Assembly: GCA_050951925.1 (NCBI GenBank)
Contig: JBMNJZ010000001.1
Span: 1,491,015-1,555,014, forward strand
Length of the DNA stretch: 64,000 nucleotides
Reading direction: 5' to 3'
Source of the DNA: Saccharofermentanales bacterium
Lineage (GTDB): Bacteria > Bacillota > Clostridia > Saccharofermentanales > DTU023
Program-made: the position numbers and the translations under genes
In this document: positions 26,810 through 38,924 of the stretch, in pieces
How the letters are laid out: every line of letters starts with the position of its first letter
Numbering within the stretch: position 1 is the first letter of the stretch
Notes under the pieces: generated by a model
The model's database searches: none
What the model saw: the letters and a program-made list of their open reading frames with translations, nothing else
Told to the model about the DNA's origin: nothing

Positions 26810-28243
26810 TTACTCTCCCGGCAACAATACTGTCAAAGGCACATAGCCTGTTCGGCCATCAGTTAGCCGTACCATAACCCAGCCGTCCTTATCTTCTTTA
26901 GTCAACTGCCATACTGTATCTCCCCTGGTTGCAGTTGCGACCAGTTCGGTTGAGCCGGGCGCTGACATGATCTGCATACTCTGGGCCTTGATCGTTAATT
27001 TAATCTCGAAATCTGTCGCAACGGCTTCTCCGCTCTCTGCATTTGCAAGCGGTTGCGATATTTTGGGCACATCTTCGTTTTGTTGAGTTTTCTTATCACC
27101 TTTAAGGCTTGTAAATAACAAAATCGAAAATACTAAAACTACCAGTATTATTGAGATAAGAGCCAGCAAGGATAGTGGCCTGGAAGATGGAAACAAATGC
27201 GTAAGTCGATATAAAAAACGGTTCCACAGTTGTTTGCAGCGTTTAAACTCTAACATCTTCAGGCGATCAAGGAATCCTATATTTGCCTCATGTTCAATTT
27301 GTGTATGCAAACTCGATGGACGCCGCTCATAGTTTGGATCTGATTCCTGTATTCTTATTTTGGATGCCTCATGCTCATTGCGGCTACCCCCCAAGCGATG
27401 CGATCCGGAAAAACGGGGGAAGTGAGAATCGCCGGGCACATAAACCTTTTTATCTTCATTGTTACTCATAGTATCGCGTTGGCCTTCGAGCACCAAGCGG
27501 TTGCTGCCTGCAATAGGAATCACACGGGACAGATATTCTTTGCTTGTAGGAATTTTTTGCAGTCTCGTTTTATTAGCATGTAAAGGTCGCTCTATTCTGG
27601 TCACCTTGAAACCTACCCAAGTATGATCTGAAGAATAACCATAGGCAGAAGCTAGGTTATTAAGCTCAGACATTTGGACAGTTATTTGGCGCGGATCTGA
27701 CAAAATCTCTTCTAATCCCTGTGGTTCAAACAGATCTACAAAATGAGGATCCAGCGCCAACAAAATATCCCCCTCGGCTGGAACAAAAGCATAATAGTCC
27801 GCCGCCGGCATAAAACTGCCCGGGATAACCGCTGAGTCTATCACAGCCGGTTGCTGCCGATAAAGTCTACCGTTTCGATGCAGGTACAGACCAAGATAAC
27901 GCGATACCAGTGCAATTACAATTTCATCACAAATCAGAAAAATAAAATCAGCATGCACTTTTTCTCTTTTTAAAATAGAAGGGAATACATCCAGCCCGTA
28001 GATTTGCAGCTCTCGAAAAACTGCCGCCCATTTTCTCAACATATCTCTGCTTTGAACTATAGACTCCTGATCCAGGCGGTCACTCCTAATTCCGGAAATC
28101 ATCTGAACTCGCCGATTGGTAGAAGCAACATAGTTTTGCTGTTTCTGAGCGGTCAAATAGCCCAGGCTGCGATCATTGATCTGAATCGTCAGCTCATGCA
28201 AATCCAGCGAATTAATATGGGCAGTAACCAAAGTGCGGATCAT
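26810..28243 (-). CDS. Single-pass membrane protein with C-terminal SH3b-like domain, otherwise hypothetical
   Basis: 477 aa. A TM at LSLLALISIILVVLVFSILLF and a C-terminus GDTVWQLTKEDKDGWVMVRLTDGRTGYVPLTVL typical of bacterial SH3 domains. The N-terminal cytoplasmic roughly 350 aa are unassigned. Confidence 0.45.
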   Translation of the reverse strand: MIRTLVTAHINSLDLHELTIQINDRSLGYLTAQKQQNYVASTNRRVQMISGIRSDRLDQESIVQSRDMLRKWAAVFRELQIYGLDVFPSILKREKVHADFIFLICDEIVIALVSRYLGLYLHRNGRLYRQQPAVIDSAVIPGSFMPAADYYAFVPAEGDILLALDPHFVDLFEPQGLEEILSDPRQITVQMSELNNLASAYGYSSDHTWVGFKVTRIERPLHANKTRLQKIPTSKEYLSRVIPIAGSNRLVLEGQRDTMSNNEDKKVYVPGDSHFPRFSGSHRLGGSRNEHEASKIRIQESDPNYERRPSSLHTQIEHEANIGFLDRLKMLEFKRCKQLWNRFLYRLTHLFPSSRPLSLLALISIILVVLVFSILLFTSLKGDKKTQQNEDVPKISQPLANAESGEAVATDFEIKLTIKAQSMQIMSAPGSTELVATATRGDTVWQLTKEDKDGWVMVRLTDGRTGYVPLTVLLPGE

Positions 28244-28337
28244 GCGAACTCCAATTGAGATATGTCGTGTCTCCTATTTACTGATTTGTTCAATAGAAAA
28301 AGCAGTATCGACTAATTCTAGCATAAAGCATCGTTAT

Positions 28338-30484
<2,147 letters not shown>

Positions 30485-30504
<20 letters not shown>

Positions 30505-31858
30505 ATCCGATTCCATACTTTTTGCAGAGATTCTGATAGCATTCACGCCAAGATGCGAGATGCAAATCCGATGCCGCAATTAACTGGGCTCTTCGTTCTT
30601 GTTTTCGCTTTGCAGTTATAAAGTCCGGGTCATATTGAATAATTCCGAAATTAGCATTCATGGGCTGGAAATCTTTACTGTCCGTACCTGAAACATAAGC
30701 TGATAATGCGCCCATCATAGTTGTTGGCGGCAACACAATTTCTCCAATTCTATCCGCAGGATATCCTGCTGCAATCAAAGCGATCATTCTGCCCGTTATC
30801 AGACCCGAAGCGGCTGACTCCATATATCCTTCAACACCCGTGATCTGACCGGCCAGAAAAAGATTTTGTCTGGTTTTGGTTCGATTGCCTATATCCAGTA
30901 CCTCAGGCCCTCTGACATAGTGATTCCTGTGCATTACACCGTAACGAAGATATTCGGCCTGACTAAGGGCAGGAACAATTCCAAAAACTTCTCTTTGCGC
31001 TGCAAAGGTCATCCTCGTTTGACAGCCAACCAAATTATACATCTCCCCCGTGCTCTGCTCCCGTCTTAATTGCAATACGGCATATGGTTGCTTCCCGGTC
31101 CTCGGATCTATAAGCCCAACAGGTTTCAAGGGGCCAAAGCGCATCGTGTCTTCACCCTTTTCCGCTAAAATTTCAATGGGCTGACAATTCTGAAAAACCT
31201 TACGGTCAAATTCTCTGATTTCAGTTTTTTCCGCCTCAATCAGGGCACTCCTAAACATTAAATAGGTCTTATGGTCAAGAGGGCAGTTTAAGTAGTCTGC
31301 CGAGCCTCTGTCATATCTGGAGGCAGTAAAATAATGACTGCTGTCCAATGAGTCAAAGCTGACTATCGGAGCGGCAGCATCAAAAAAATGCAATAATTCC
31401 CCCCATTCCTCAGACATCGCCGACATCAGTTTATCGGTTGTTAACGGTCCTGTGGCCAATAAAAGCACTGTATCAGGATCAACTTCCAGGCTGCAGATCT
31501 CCCGCTCTGTATATTTGATCAATCCAGTTGCTTTCAGCATAGCACCTACTTTTCTCGCAAACATATCGCGATCTACTGCAAGGGCACTTCCGGCAGGCAC
31601 TCTCGTTTGATCAGCAGCAGCCAGGATAATACTGTCAAGCTGTCTCATTTCCCTTTTAAGAAGTCCTGATGCAGTCTGTGGATCATCTGATTTGAATGAA
31701 TTACTACACACCAGCTCTGCAGGATAGGGCTTTTTATGGGCAGGAGTCATCTTGCCGGGCTTGATATCAATAAGTTCAACAGGAATACCCAGCCGGGCAA
31801 GCTGCCAGGCTGCCTCTGAGCCAGCAAGACCCGCTCCGACAATTCTGACTCTTTGCAT
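30485..31858 (-). CDS. trmFO: Methylenetetrahydrofolate--tRNA-(uracil54-C5)-methyltransferase TrmFO
   Basis: FAD fold IVGAGLAGSEAAWQLA, the CSNSFKSD motif, and the conserved position downstream of topA. Confidence 0.9.
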
Positions 31859-31863
31859 ATCTG

Positions 31864-34041
31864 TTAGCTCTTTTCCGGCTTCCCTTTATTATTTGCCTTG
31901 GGCTTTTTCATATTAGAGGGACATTTGGGATCACCGCAACGCTCATAGCTGCGTCCGCGGAAACGTTTGGCCACAATATAGCCACCACATTCTGAACATT
32001 TCTTGCCTTCCACCGGCAAATCCCAGCTGATGAAAGGACAATCCGGATCAGTTCCTTTTTTATCACAAACATAGAATTTTTTACTTCTACCCTTGCGTGT
32101 CCTTTTCTCCAATAATCCTGAGCCACATAGCGGACAACTTCCCGGAGCAACTGTCTCTATACTTTCTCTGTAATCACAGTCAGGATAGCGGTTGCAGGCA
32201 ATGAATTTTCCATACCGGCCCTCTTTAATTACCAGTTCACCTTGATTGCACTGGGGACAAATTCTGCCGGTAGGCTCTTCTGCCACGGTAATTTTTTCTA
32301 TATTTTTTTCTGCGGCTTTGACACTGGCATGAAATGGTGAATAAAAATTATTCAGAATCTCTATACCTTGTATTTCGCCTGCCTCAACCGCATCAAGTTG
32401 TTTTTCCAGATCAGCTGTAAATTCCGTGTCTACTATATCATCAAAATTTTTCTCTAATAGTTCAGTCACCAGGATTCCCAGTTCAGTAGGATAAAGATTA
32501 TTTTTCTCTTTCTCAACATAATTCCTAGCTAAGATAGTTGAGATTGTGGGAGCATAGGTTGACGGTCTGCCAATGCCCAGCTCTTCCATCGCTTTGATTA
32601 AACTGGCTTCAGTATAACGTGCCGGAGGCTGTGTATACTTCTGCTCAGGCTGCAAACGCTTAAGCTCAAGTTGATCTCTGACATTCAATAACGGCAGCGA
32701 GTTAATCTTTGTTTCATTATCTCCCGCTGTTACCTTGCTTGTTCCTGCAGCATAGCTGTAGGCCTTAAGCCAACCGGGGAATTTCATCTGTTCACCCTGA
32801 ACACGAAACAAATGAGTCCCTGCCAAAATATCGGCACGAATTGTGTCAAAAATCCCTTCGTTCATCTGTGAAGATATAAAACGTTCCCAGATCAGCTTAT
32901 AGAGACGGTATTGATCACGGCTAAGCTTATCCTTGACAGCTTCGGGATCGAGGTCAAAATGGATTGGCCGAATAGCTTCATGTGCATCCTGTGCCTGTTT
33001 GCCCTTTTGATAATAATTCGGTTTGGCCGGCAAGTACTCTTCGCCATAAAATTTGACAATTCGATCTCTAATCTCAGTTACCGCTGAGGCAGAAACACGG
33101 ACCGAATCGGTACGGATATAAGTCACCAGAGCAGTTGCTCCCGAGCCCGGCAAATTAACGCCCTCATATAATTGTTGCGCTACACTCATAGTCCGGGATG
33201 AACTCATACCTAAAACTCTGGAAGCCTCCTGCTGTAATGAAGAAGTGGTAAAAGGCGCATATGGCCGCCTTTTTTTCTGGCCTCTATTGATAGATTCAAC
33301 TACAAAAGGCAGTGTTTTGAGTTCTGTTACTAAGGTATCAACCTTTTCCTGATCTGATAATTTGACGCGGCGCACTCTATTATTGACTTTCTCTCCATGA
33401 TATAGAGCACCAAATGGTTCCTCCTTATCTTTTTGCAAAAAAGCTGTCAAAAGCCAGTACTCTTCCGGTTTAAAGGCTGCAATCTCACGCTCTCTTATCA
33501 CAATCAGCCTTGTCGCCACCGACTGGACACGTCCGGCTGACAATCCTTTGCGTACTTTTGCCCAGAGCAAAGGGCTGAGCTCATAACCAACCAGTCGATC
33601 CAAAATACGCCTGGATTGTTGAGAATCAATCAGGTTTTTGTCCAAGGGTCTTGCAGTATCAATAGCTCCCCGAACCGCACTGCTGCTAATCTCATTAAAA
33701 GAGATGCGTATTTGTGCAGTTTGATCCAGATCAAGCACATTGGCCAGATGCCAAGCAATTGCCTCGCCCTCACGGTCCGGGTCAGTAGCAAGTAAAACGC
33801 GATCAGCTTGGTCAGCAGCAGCCTTAAGCTCTTTGATAATTTTCTCTTTGCCGGGCATAGTAATGTAACGAACAGAGAAATTGTCTTTGACATTTACTCC
33901 CATGGTTGAAGATGGCAAATCTCTGATATGTCCTACAGAGGCCTTGACAATATAATTACTGTCCAGGTAGCGGGATATAGTTCTGGCTTTGGCAGGAGAT
34001 TCTACTATTACGAGTGTTTTCACAATCCTATCCTTTATCAT
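31864..34041 (-). CDS. topA: DNA topoisomerase I
   Basis: Toprim LVIVESPAKARTI, DPDREGE, the active-site tyrosine region, and C-terminal CxxC zinc ribbons. The start is either ATG 34041 or, fitting the family better, GTG 34023 (VKTLVIVESP) preceded by AAGGA. Confidence 0.92.
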   Translation of the reverse strand: MIKDRIVKTLVIVESPAKARTISRYLDSNYIVKASVGHIRDLPSSTMGVNVKDNFSVRYITMPGKEKIIKELKAAADQADRVLLATDPDREGEAIAWHLANVLDLDQTAQIRISFNEISSSAVRGAIDTARPLDKNLIDSQQSRRILDRLVGYELSPLLWAKVRKGLSAGRVQSVATRLIVIREREIAAFKPEEYWLLTAFLQKDKEEPFGALYHGEKVNNRVRRVKLSDQEKVDTLVTELKTLPFVVESINRGQKKRRPYAPFTTSSLQQEASRVLGMSSSRTMSVAQQLYEGVNLPGSGATALVTYIRTDSVRVSASAVTEIRDRIVKFYGEEYLPAKPNYYQKGKQAQDAHEAIRPIHFDLDPEAVKDKLSRDQYRLYKLIWERFISSQMNEGIFDTIRADILAGTHLFRVQGEQMKFPGWLKAYSYAAGTSKVTAGDNETKINSLPLLNVRDQLELKRLQPEQKYTQPPARYTEASLIKAMEELGIGRPSTYAPTISTILARNYVEKEKNNLYPTELGILVTELLEKNFDDIVDTEFTADLEKQLDAVEAGEIQGIEILNNFYSPFHASVKAAEKNIEKITVAEEPTGRICPQCNQGELVIKEGRYGKFIACNRYPDCDYRESIETVAPGSCPLCGSGLLEKRTRKGRSKKFYVCDKKGTDPDCPFISWDLPVEGKKCSECGGYIVAKRFRGRSYERCGDPKCPSNMKKPKANNKGKPEKS

Positions 34042-34218
34042 GATCTTATCAGAACAAGCATTGAAATCAATTATATACGACATATCGCAATATATGTCAA
34101 AAGCCGTGGCCTCTGACAAATGCTAATGATATTCAGTCAGTAGCAAGTGAAACATATAGCTGGTGTGGCAAGCAACATTTTAGATCGCCAAATCCTTATA
34201 GGTCGTCCATTGAAAAAA

Positions 34219-35394
34219 CTAAGAAAAGCGATTCAGTTCATAGTGGCCTCGTCGATTGCTCATAAAACCTGCCAGTTCTAAGCTAGTAAGAATTCGTGCC
34301 GTGTCTGCCAATGACAATCCGCAATAATCCGCAATCCGAACCATTGTGGCAGGACCTACGATAAGAAGTTCAAATATTTTCCTCTCAGTCTGATTTAATG
34401 CCACCGGCAATTGGACCTGTCCCGGATCAACCAAAGATGATTTACTTATCCTAGCTCTTTGATAAGTCGCCGCTTCGTTTGCATCATTATTTGTCGCCCT
34501 TGTTTCTAAAACTAAGGTATTTAATTCAGGCATTTTCAGATCAGTTATTATCTTCGCATACCCTTCTTTTATCAAGCTGTGGCAACCCCTTTGTTCATTA
34601 GCAAAGACCGAGCCCGGGATGGCATATACCGGGACTTTCATATTGTGTGCCAGCTTAGCTGTTATCAGGCTGCCGGACTTGGTTTTTGCCGTGGTAATAA
34701 TGACAGCCTCGGCCAAAGCGGCGATTATTCGATTTCTGGCCGGAAAATTCTTTGCCGCCGGAGATGTGCCCGGTCTGTATTCGCTAATAATCAAACCGGA
34801 CTGTGCAATATTCGCCAGAAGACTTTTGTTAGATGCCGGATAGACTCGATCTACACCGCAGCCCAGTACTGCAATCGTCTTCCCTCCCGTTGTCATTGCT
34901 TCTTTGTGAGCTGTGCTGTCTGCGCCTTCTGCTGCACCACTGACTATGCAATAGCCTTTACAGCATAATTGTCTGGTAATTTCGGCAGTAACTTCACGAC
35001 CATAGGGATTTAGCGATCGCGAGCCGACTACAGCCACACATCTTTCGCGCAATAAAGATAGATCAACACCCCGGTAAAAAAGCAAGGAAATCTGTACCTT
35101 TCGATCAGCAAGTTTCCTGGGAAAGCAGGCATCCACCACAGAAACTACCTTTATGCCCTGACTGGCCCAAGTATCAGCTTGACTTAGTAAATTATCTGAG
35201 CCTTTATTCTTCAGACATAATCTCAAAAGATCAAACTCAGCTGGTTCATCGGATTTGCTCCTTTGATGCAAAAGATTCCACAGTCGAGTCATCGATCCTG
35301 AATATTTCAACAATTTGCATCGAATCCTGTGACTCAGACGGTATTCAAGTGCTGACAGCACCAAAAGTTCTGCCGTCGCTAATCTTAAATTCAT
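34219..35394 (-). CDS. dprA: DNA-processing protein DprA (Smf)
   Basis: Rossmann-like core with GSRSLNPYG, SGAAEGADSTAHKEA and the NFPARNRIIA motif. It also has a C-terminal winged-helix extension. Confidence 0.88.
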   Translation of the reverse strand: MNLRLATAELLVLSALEYRLSHRIRCKLLKYSGSMTRLWNLLHQRSKSDEPAEFDLLRLCLKNKGSDNLLSQADTWASQGIKVVSVVDACFPRKLADRKVQISLLFYRGVDLSLLRERCVAVVGSRSLNPYGREVTAEITRQLCCKGYCIVSGAAEGADSTAHKEAMTTGGKTIAVLGCGVDRVYPASNKSLLANIAQSGLIISEYRPGTSPAAKNFPARNRIIAALAEAVIITTAKTKSGSLITAKLAHNMKVPVYAIPGSVFANEQRGCHSLIKEGYAKIITDLKMPELNTLVLETRATNNDANEAATYQRARISKSSLVDPGQVQLPVALNQTERKIFELLIVGPATMVRIADYCGLSLADTARILTSLELAGFMSNRRGHYELNRFS

Positions 35395-36944
35395 AATAGA
35401 GTATTCAGATCCAATCTATATTGCATTATTTCAGCCACATGCTCTGTTTTAACGGATAGTGATTGCTCTAAATCTGCCAAGGTTCGCGAGCAACGCAACA
35501 GATTATGATAGGATCGAGCAGAAATAGCTTTCTTTTCTGCAAAGTCGCCGAGCAGCTTAATCGCCTGTTTTTCAATCTTCATATCCTGATAATAGTCAAC
35601 CACCGGCAAGCTGGAATTGTAATGAAAGCTAAGGCCCAGTTCACGTGATCTCTGCTTTTGGATATCATGACAGACCATGATCTGTGAAGCAGCAGTTTCA
35701 TGTTCAGTGCCAACGGTTACTGTTAAGCTTTTTAGAAGATCATCCCCTGACAAACTTTGCATCTTTACACACAGATTTAGACGATCCCATAAGGGACCGC
35801 TGATACGGTGCAAATGCTTTCTGATCTGATTTGGAGTACAGCGGCATCTATCATCCGGCTCCAAGGAATAACCACATCGACAAGGATTGGCGGCGCCAAT
35901 CAGCAAAAAACGAGCAGGCCATATCGCAAATTCTTTCGCCCTGGCAATCTTGATCTGACCACTCTCCAAGGGCTCGCGCAACAGATCGAGAACTGCGCCG
36001 GGAAATTCTGTCAATTCGTCTAGAAACAATACTCCCAGATGGGCAGCTGTACAGATGCCGGGTCTTAAGGGTGAGCCGCCGCCTATTAAGGCAGCGCCGG
36101 TAATACTGTGATGAGGAGCCAGAAAAGGACGTGACCGCACTAAGCTGTCAATTATGCCGCCTTTAGACATGGCGCTTTGAATCATAGTAACAGACAACGA
36201 CTCATCTTCATTCAAGTCCGGTAATAGACCAGGCAAACACGATGCTAAAGAAGTTTTACCACAGCCAGGAGAACCTAACATTAAAAGAGTATGATAACCG
36301 GCGGCAGCTATCGTTAAAGCTCTTTTTGCCATTTTTTGACCAAAAAAATGATCTAATCGCGGCAACAGTTGGCTTTTTTTCTTCTTTGCCGCTGCCGGAC
36401 GCTTTTGCGTCATTTTGACTCCTGAATATATTGTTACAGCCGATTTAAGATCCTCAACACCAAAATATCTAATTTTTTTGACCAGTTCGGCTTCTCGCAA
36501 ATTGTCGAGAGGTCCCAGAACATAAAATAGCTTTCTTTGCTTATAGATTGTGAGAATACGGTTCAAAACACCCGGAATGCCAAGCAATTCGCCGTTCAAA
36601 CCTAGTTCTCCGATAATCAGCAATGGCTCTTCACCGCGCGGTCTTACAATTTGGCCGGAAGCCTCTAAAATTGCCAGAGCAAGCGCCAAGTCAAAGCCCG
36701 TCCCGCTTTTTTGAATCCAGGCCGGAGCATAGCTGGCAATGACCCTGCCCTCCGGGAACTTGTAACCGCTGTTAATAATTGCAGCTCTAACTCGGTTACG
36801 TGCTTCTCGAACGGCAGAATCTCCTAGTCCTGTAATCTCAAACGACGGCAAGCCGGGCAATACAGTAACTTCAACCTCCACTAAAACTCCATTAATGCCG
36901 TTAATTCCACAGGATGTAACACTGCTGTACTTTTGCGTCCGCAA
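35391..36944 (-). CDS. comM: YifB/ComM-family Mg-chelatase-like AAA+ ATPase
   Basis: Lon-protease-like N-domain, Walker A GSPGCGKT and Walker B LFLDEL. The start is proposed at TTG 36944, 5 nt after a GAGGAGG Shine-Dalgarno, giving about 517 aa. The ORF-track extension to 37043 is hydrophobic and atypical. Confidence 0.85.
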   Translation of the reverse strand: MRTQKYSSVTSCGINGINGVLVEVEVTVLPGLPSFEITGLGDSAVREARNRVRAAIINSGYKFPEGRVIASYAPAWIQKSGTGFDLALALAILEASGQIVRPRGEEPLLIIGELGLNGELLGIPGVLNRILTIYKQRKLFYVLGPLDNLREAELVKKIRYFGVEDLKSAVTIYSGVKMTQKRPAAAKKKKSQLLPRLDHFFGQKMAKRALTIAAAGYHTLLMLGSPGCGKTSLASCLPGLLPDLNEDESLSVTMIQSAMSKGGIIDSLVRSRPFLAPHHSITGAALIGGGSPLRPGICTAAHLGVLFLDELTEFPGAVLDLLREPLESGQIKIARAKEFAIWPARFLLIGAANPCRCGYSLEPDDRCRCTPNQIRKHLHRISGPLWDRLNLCVKMQSLSGDDLLKSLTVTVGTEHETAASQIMVCHDIQKQRSRELGLSFHYNSSLPVVDYYQDMKIEKQAIKLLGDFAEKKAISARSYHNLLRCSRTLADLEQSLSVKTEHVAEIMQYRLDLNTLL

Positions 36945-37167
36945 TTTATCCTCCTCAGAAGCAACTATTACCAATATGCAAGATGATTTAAAACTGCCAA
37001 TTATAATCAGTACCACAAAAGACAACAATCGGTGGCAATTCACAACAGGTAGTGTGCCTGTTATAATCCTAGGGGGAATCTTCCCATCTAGGATAGAAAA
37101 GCTTTTCCACAGTAGCCATAAACTGTAGCTAGATAAAAATATGACATAATAATTGTCGGGGGACTAA

Positions 37168-38244
37168 ATGAAACTGGGAATTGTCGGACTACCCAATGTT
37201 GGCAAGAGTACATTGTTTAAAGCTATTACCGGAACACAAGCTGAAATTGCCAATTATCCTTTCTGTACTATCAATCCCAATATTAGTATTGTTCCGGTAC
37301 CAGATCGCAGATTGGATCACTTGTGTCAACTTTACCAGCCGGAGCGCTGTATACCGGCCGTACTGGAAGTGGTAGATATTGCCGGCTTAGTACGTGGAGC
37401 AAGCAAAGGAGAAGGATTAGGTAATCAATTCTTATCCAGTATTCGTGAAGTAGATGCAATTATCCATGTGATACGTTGCTTCGATGGAACTAATATTACA
37501 CATGTGGACGGTAGTATCGATCCCGTTCGGGATATTGAAACAATAGAACTCGAACTGATATTGTCCGATATAGAATATGTGGAAAAAAGAATCAATAAAT
37601 ACTCCCGACTAGCTAAAAGCGACAAAATTTTCAAAGAGCAATTGGAAATACTCAACAATCTACTGCGCCATCTTGAAGAAGGCAAATCGGCAAACTGTTT
37701 TCCTGATTTGTTTTTATTGACAGACCTTCATTTACTAACCGGCAAACCGGTACTATATGTAGCAAATACCGATGAACAAAAGTTAGGAGGTGACTATAGA
37801 GAGCTGGACGCTTTACGAAACAAAATTGCTGAAAAGCAGGCAGAACTTATAATCGTCAGCGCCGAGATAGAGGCGGAAATCGCTGATTTGCCTAAGGAAG
37901 AGCGCCAGCTTTTCAGTGCAGAGCTGGGATTGTCAATAACCGGTCAAAAGCAGATTATCCAAGCAGGCTACAAGCTCCTGGATCTGCTCTCCTTTTTTAC
38001 TGCGGGCGGCTCGAAAGAAGTCCGTGCCTGGACTATCTCCAAAGGCACAAAAGCACCTCAGGCTGCAGGAAAAATCCACAGTGATTTCGAGCGCGGTTTC
38101 ATAAGAGCTGAAGTAACCGCTTTTGAGGATCTGCTGCAATACGGAACTATTAATGCAGTCAAAGAAAAGGGGAAATACCGCTCCGAAGGCAAAGATTATG
38201 TCGTACAAGACGGTGATATCATCTTATTTCGTTTCAACGTCTAG
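37168..38244 (+). CDS. ychF: Redox-regulated ribosome-binding ATPase YchF
   Basis: G1 GIVGLPNVGKSTLF, G3 DIAGLV and a TGS-like C-terminus (DGDIILFRFNV). Confidence 0.92.
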   Translation: MKLGIVGLPNVGKSTLFKAITGTQAEIANYPFCTINPNISIVPVPDRRLDHLCQLYQPERCIPAVLEVVDIAGLVRGASKGEGLGNQFLSSIREVDAIIHVIRCFDGTNITHVDGSIDPVRDIETIELELILSDIEYVEKRINKYSRLAKSDKIFKEQLEILNNLLRHLEEGKSANCFPDLFLLTDLHLLTGKPVLYVANTDEQKLGGDYRELDALRNKIAEKQAELIIVSAEIEAEIADLPKEERQLFSAELGLSITGQKQIIQAGYKLLDLLSFFTAGGSKEVRAWTISKGTKAPQAAGKIHSDFERGFIRAEVTAFEDLLQYGTINAVKEKGKYRSEGKDYVVQDGDIILFRFNV

Positions 38245-38284
38245 CAGATTTTCAGATATCGATAATAGTTCAATTGCCGGACTT

Positions 38285-38917
38285 CTAGACTTTACTTGAT
38301 AGAAGGCTCTTATATCTGATACCTCTCGGTTTTAATTCGCGTTCCATCAGTTCTTCAACCTGTAAGCGAAGTTCTTCTACCGTGCCATTATTTACCAACT
38401 CGCCTGTAGAAAGCGCCAGGTATTCTTCCCTGGTCATTTGTACCGCAATTCTTTGTCTGGCTTCAGAGCCCGAGAGCCCTCTTTGCGACAACCTTAACAA
38501 TCTAATATCATCATCCGCCCAGACTGTATAAACCACATCGCAGCGATCTAAAAAACCTTGACGCACAGGGATCGGTACATCAAGCACCGCAGCCTGGACT
38601 TTCTTCTCCCTGAGAAGATTCAGCTCAGCACTTATCTGTTCCAGAACATGTCTATGTACGATCCGATTAAGTTCCTTCAGCGCCTGCTTATCCGCAAACA
38701 CCAGCTCAGCTGTCAGTTTTCTCTTAAGCGCTCCTGTATCATCAATATAATCAGAGCCAAGGACTGCTTCCAGCTCAGAAATAGCTGAGCCCCCTGCGCC
38801 GGTAACAGAATGCGAGATGCGGTCGGCACTGATTACCGCCAGACCGGCTTCAGCCAGCAAAGCTGAAACCGTTGTTTTGCCACTACCTATCCCGCCCGTA
38901 ATTCCAATAATAAACAT
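38285..38917 (-). CDS. coaE: Dephospho-CoA kinase
   Basis: MFIIGITGGIGSGKTT P-loop at the proposed start. The 75 upstream codons in the ORF track overlap the polA 3' end and are discarded. Confidence 0.88.
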   Translation of the reverse strand: MFIIGITGGIGSGKTTVSALLAEAGLAVISADRISHSVTGAGGSAISELEAVLGSDYIDDTGALKRKLTAELVFADKQALKELNRIVHRHVLEQISAELNLLREKKVQAAVLDVPIPVRQGFLDRCDVVYTVWADDDIRLLRLSQRGLSGSEARQRIAVQMTREEYLALSTGELVNNGTVEELRLQVEELMERELKPRGIRYKSLLSSKV

Positions 38918-38924
38918 AATATTC

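Noticed and set aside
26190-26877. Two plus-strand ORFs (164 aa and 137 aa) spanning 26190-26684 and 26464-26877.
   Set aside because: Both run straight through the two minus-strand tRNA genes and their terminator. Their translations (for example SRIRTCDPQLRRLLLYPAELY) are simply tRNA antisense read as protein.
34579-34968. A 129-aa plus-strand ORF, and an overlapping 74-aa one, antisense to dprA.
   Set aside because: They lie inside a well-supported dprA coding region. The translation is Cys/Arg-rich and low in information, with no start context.
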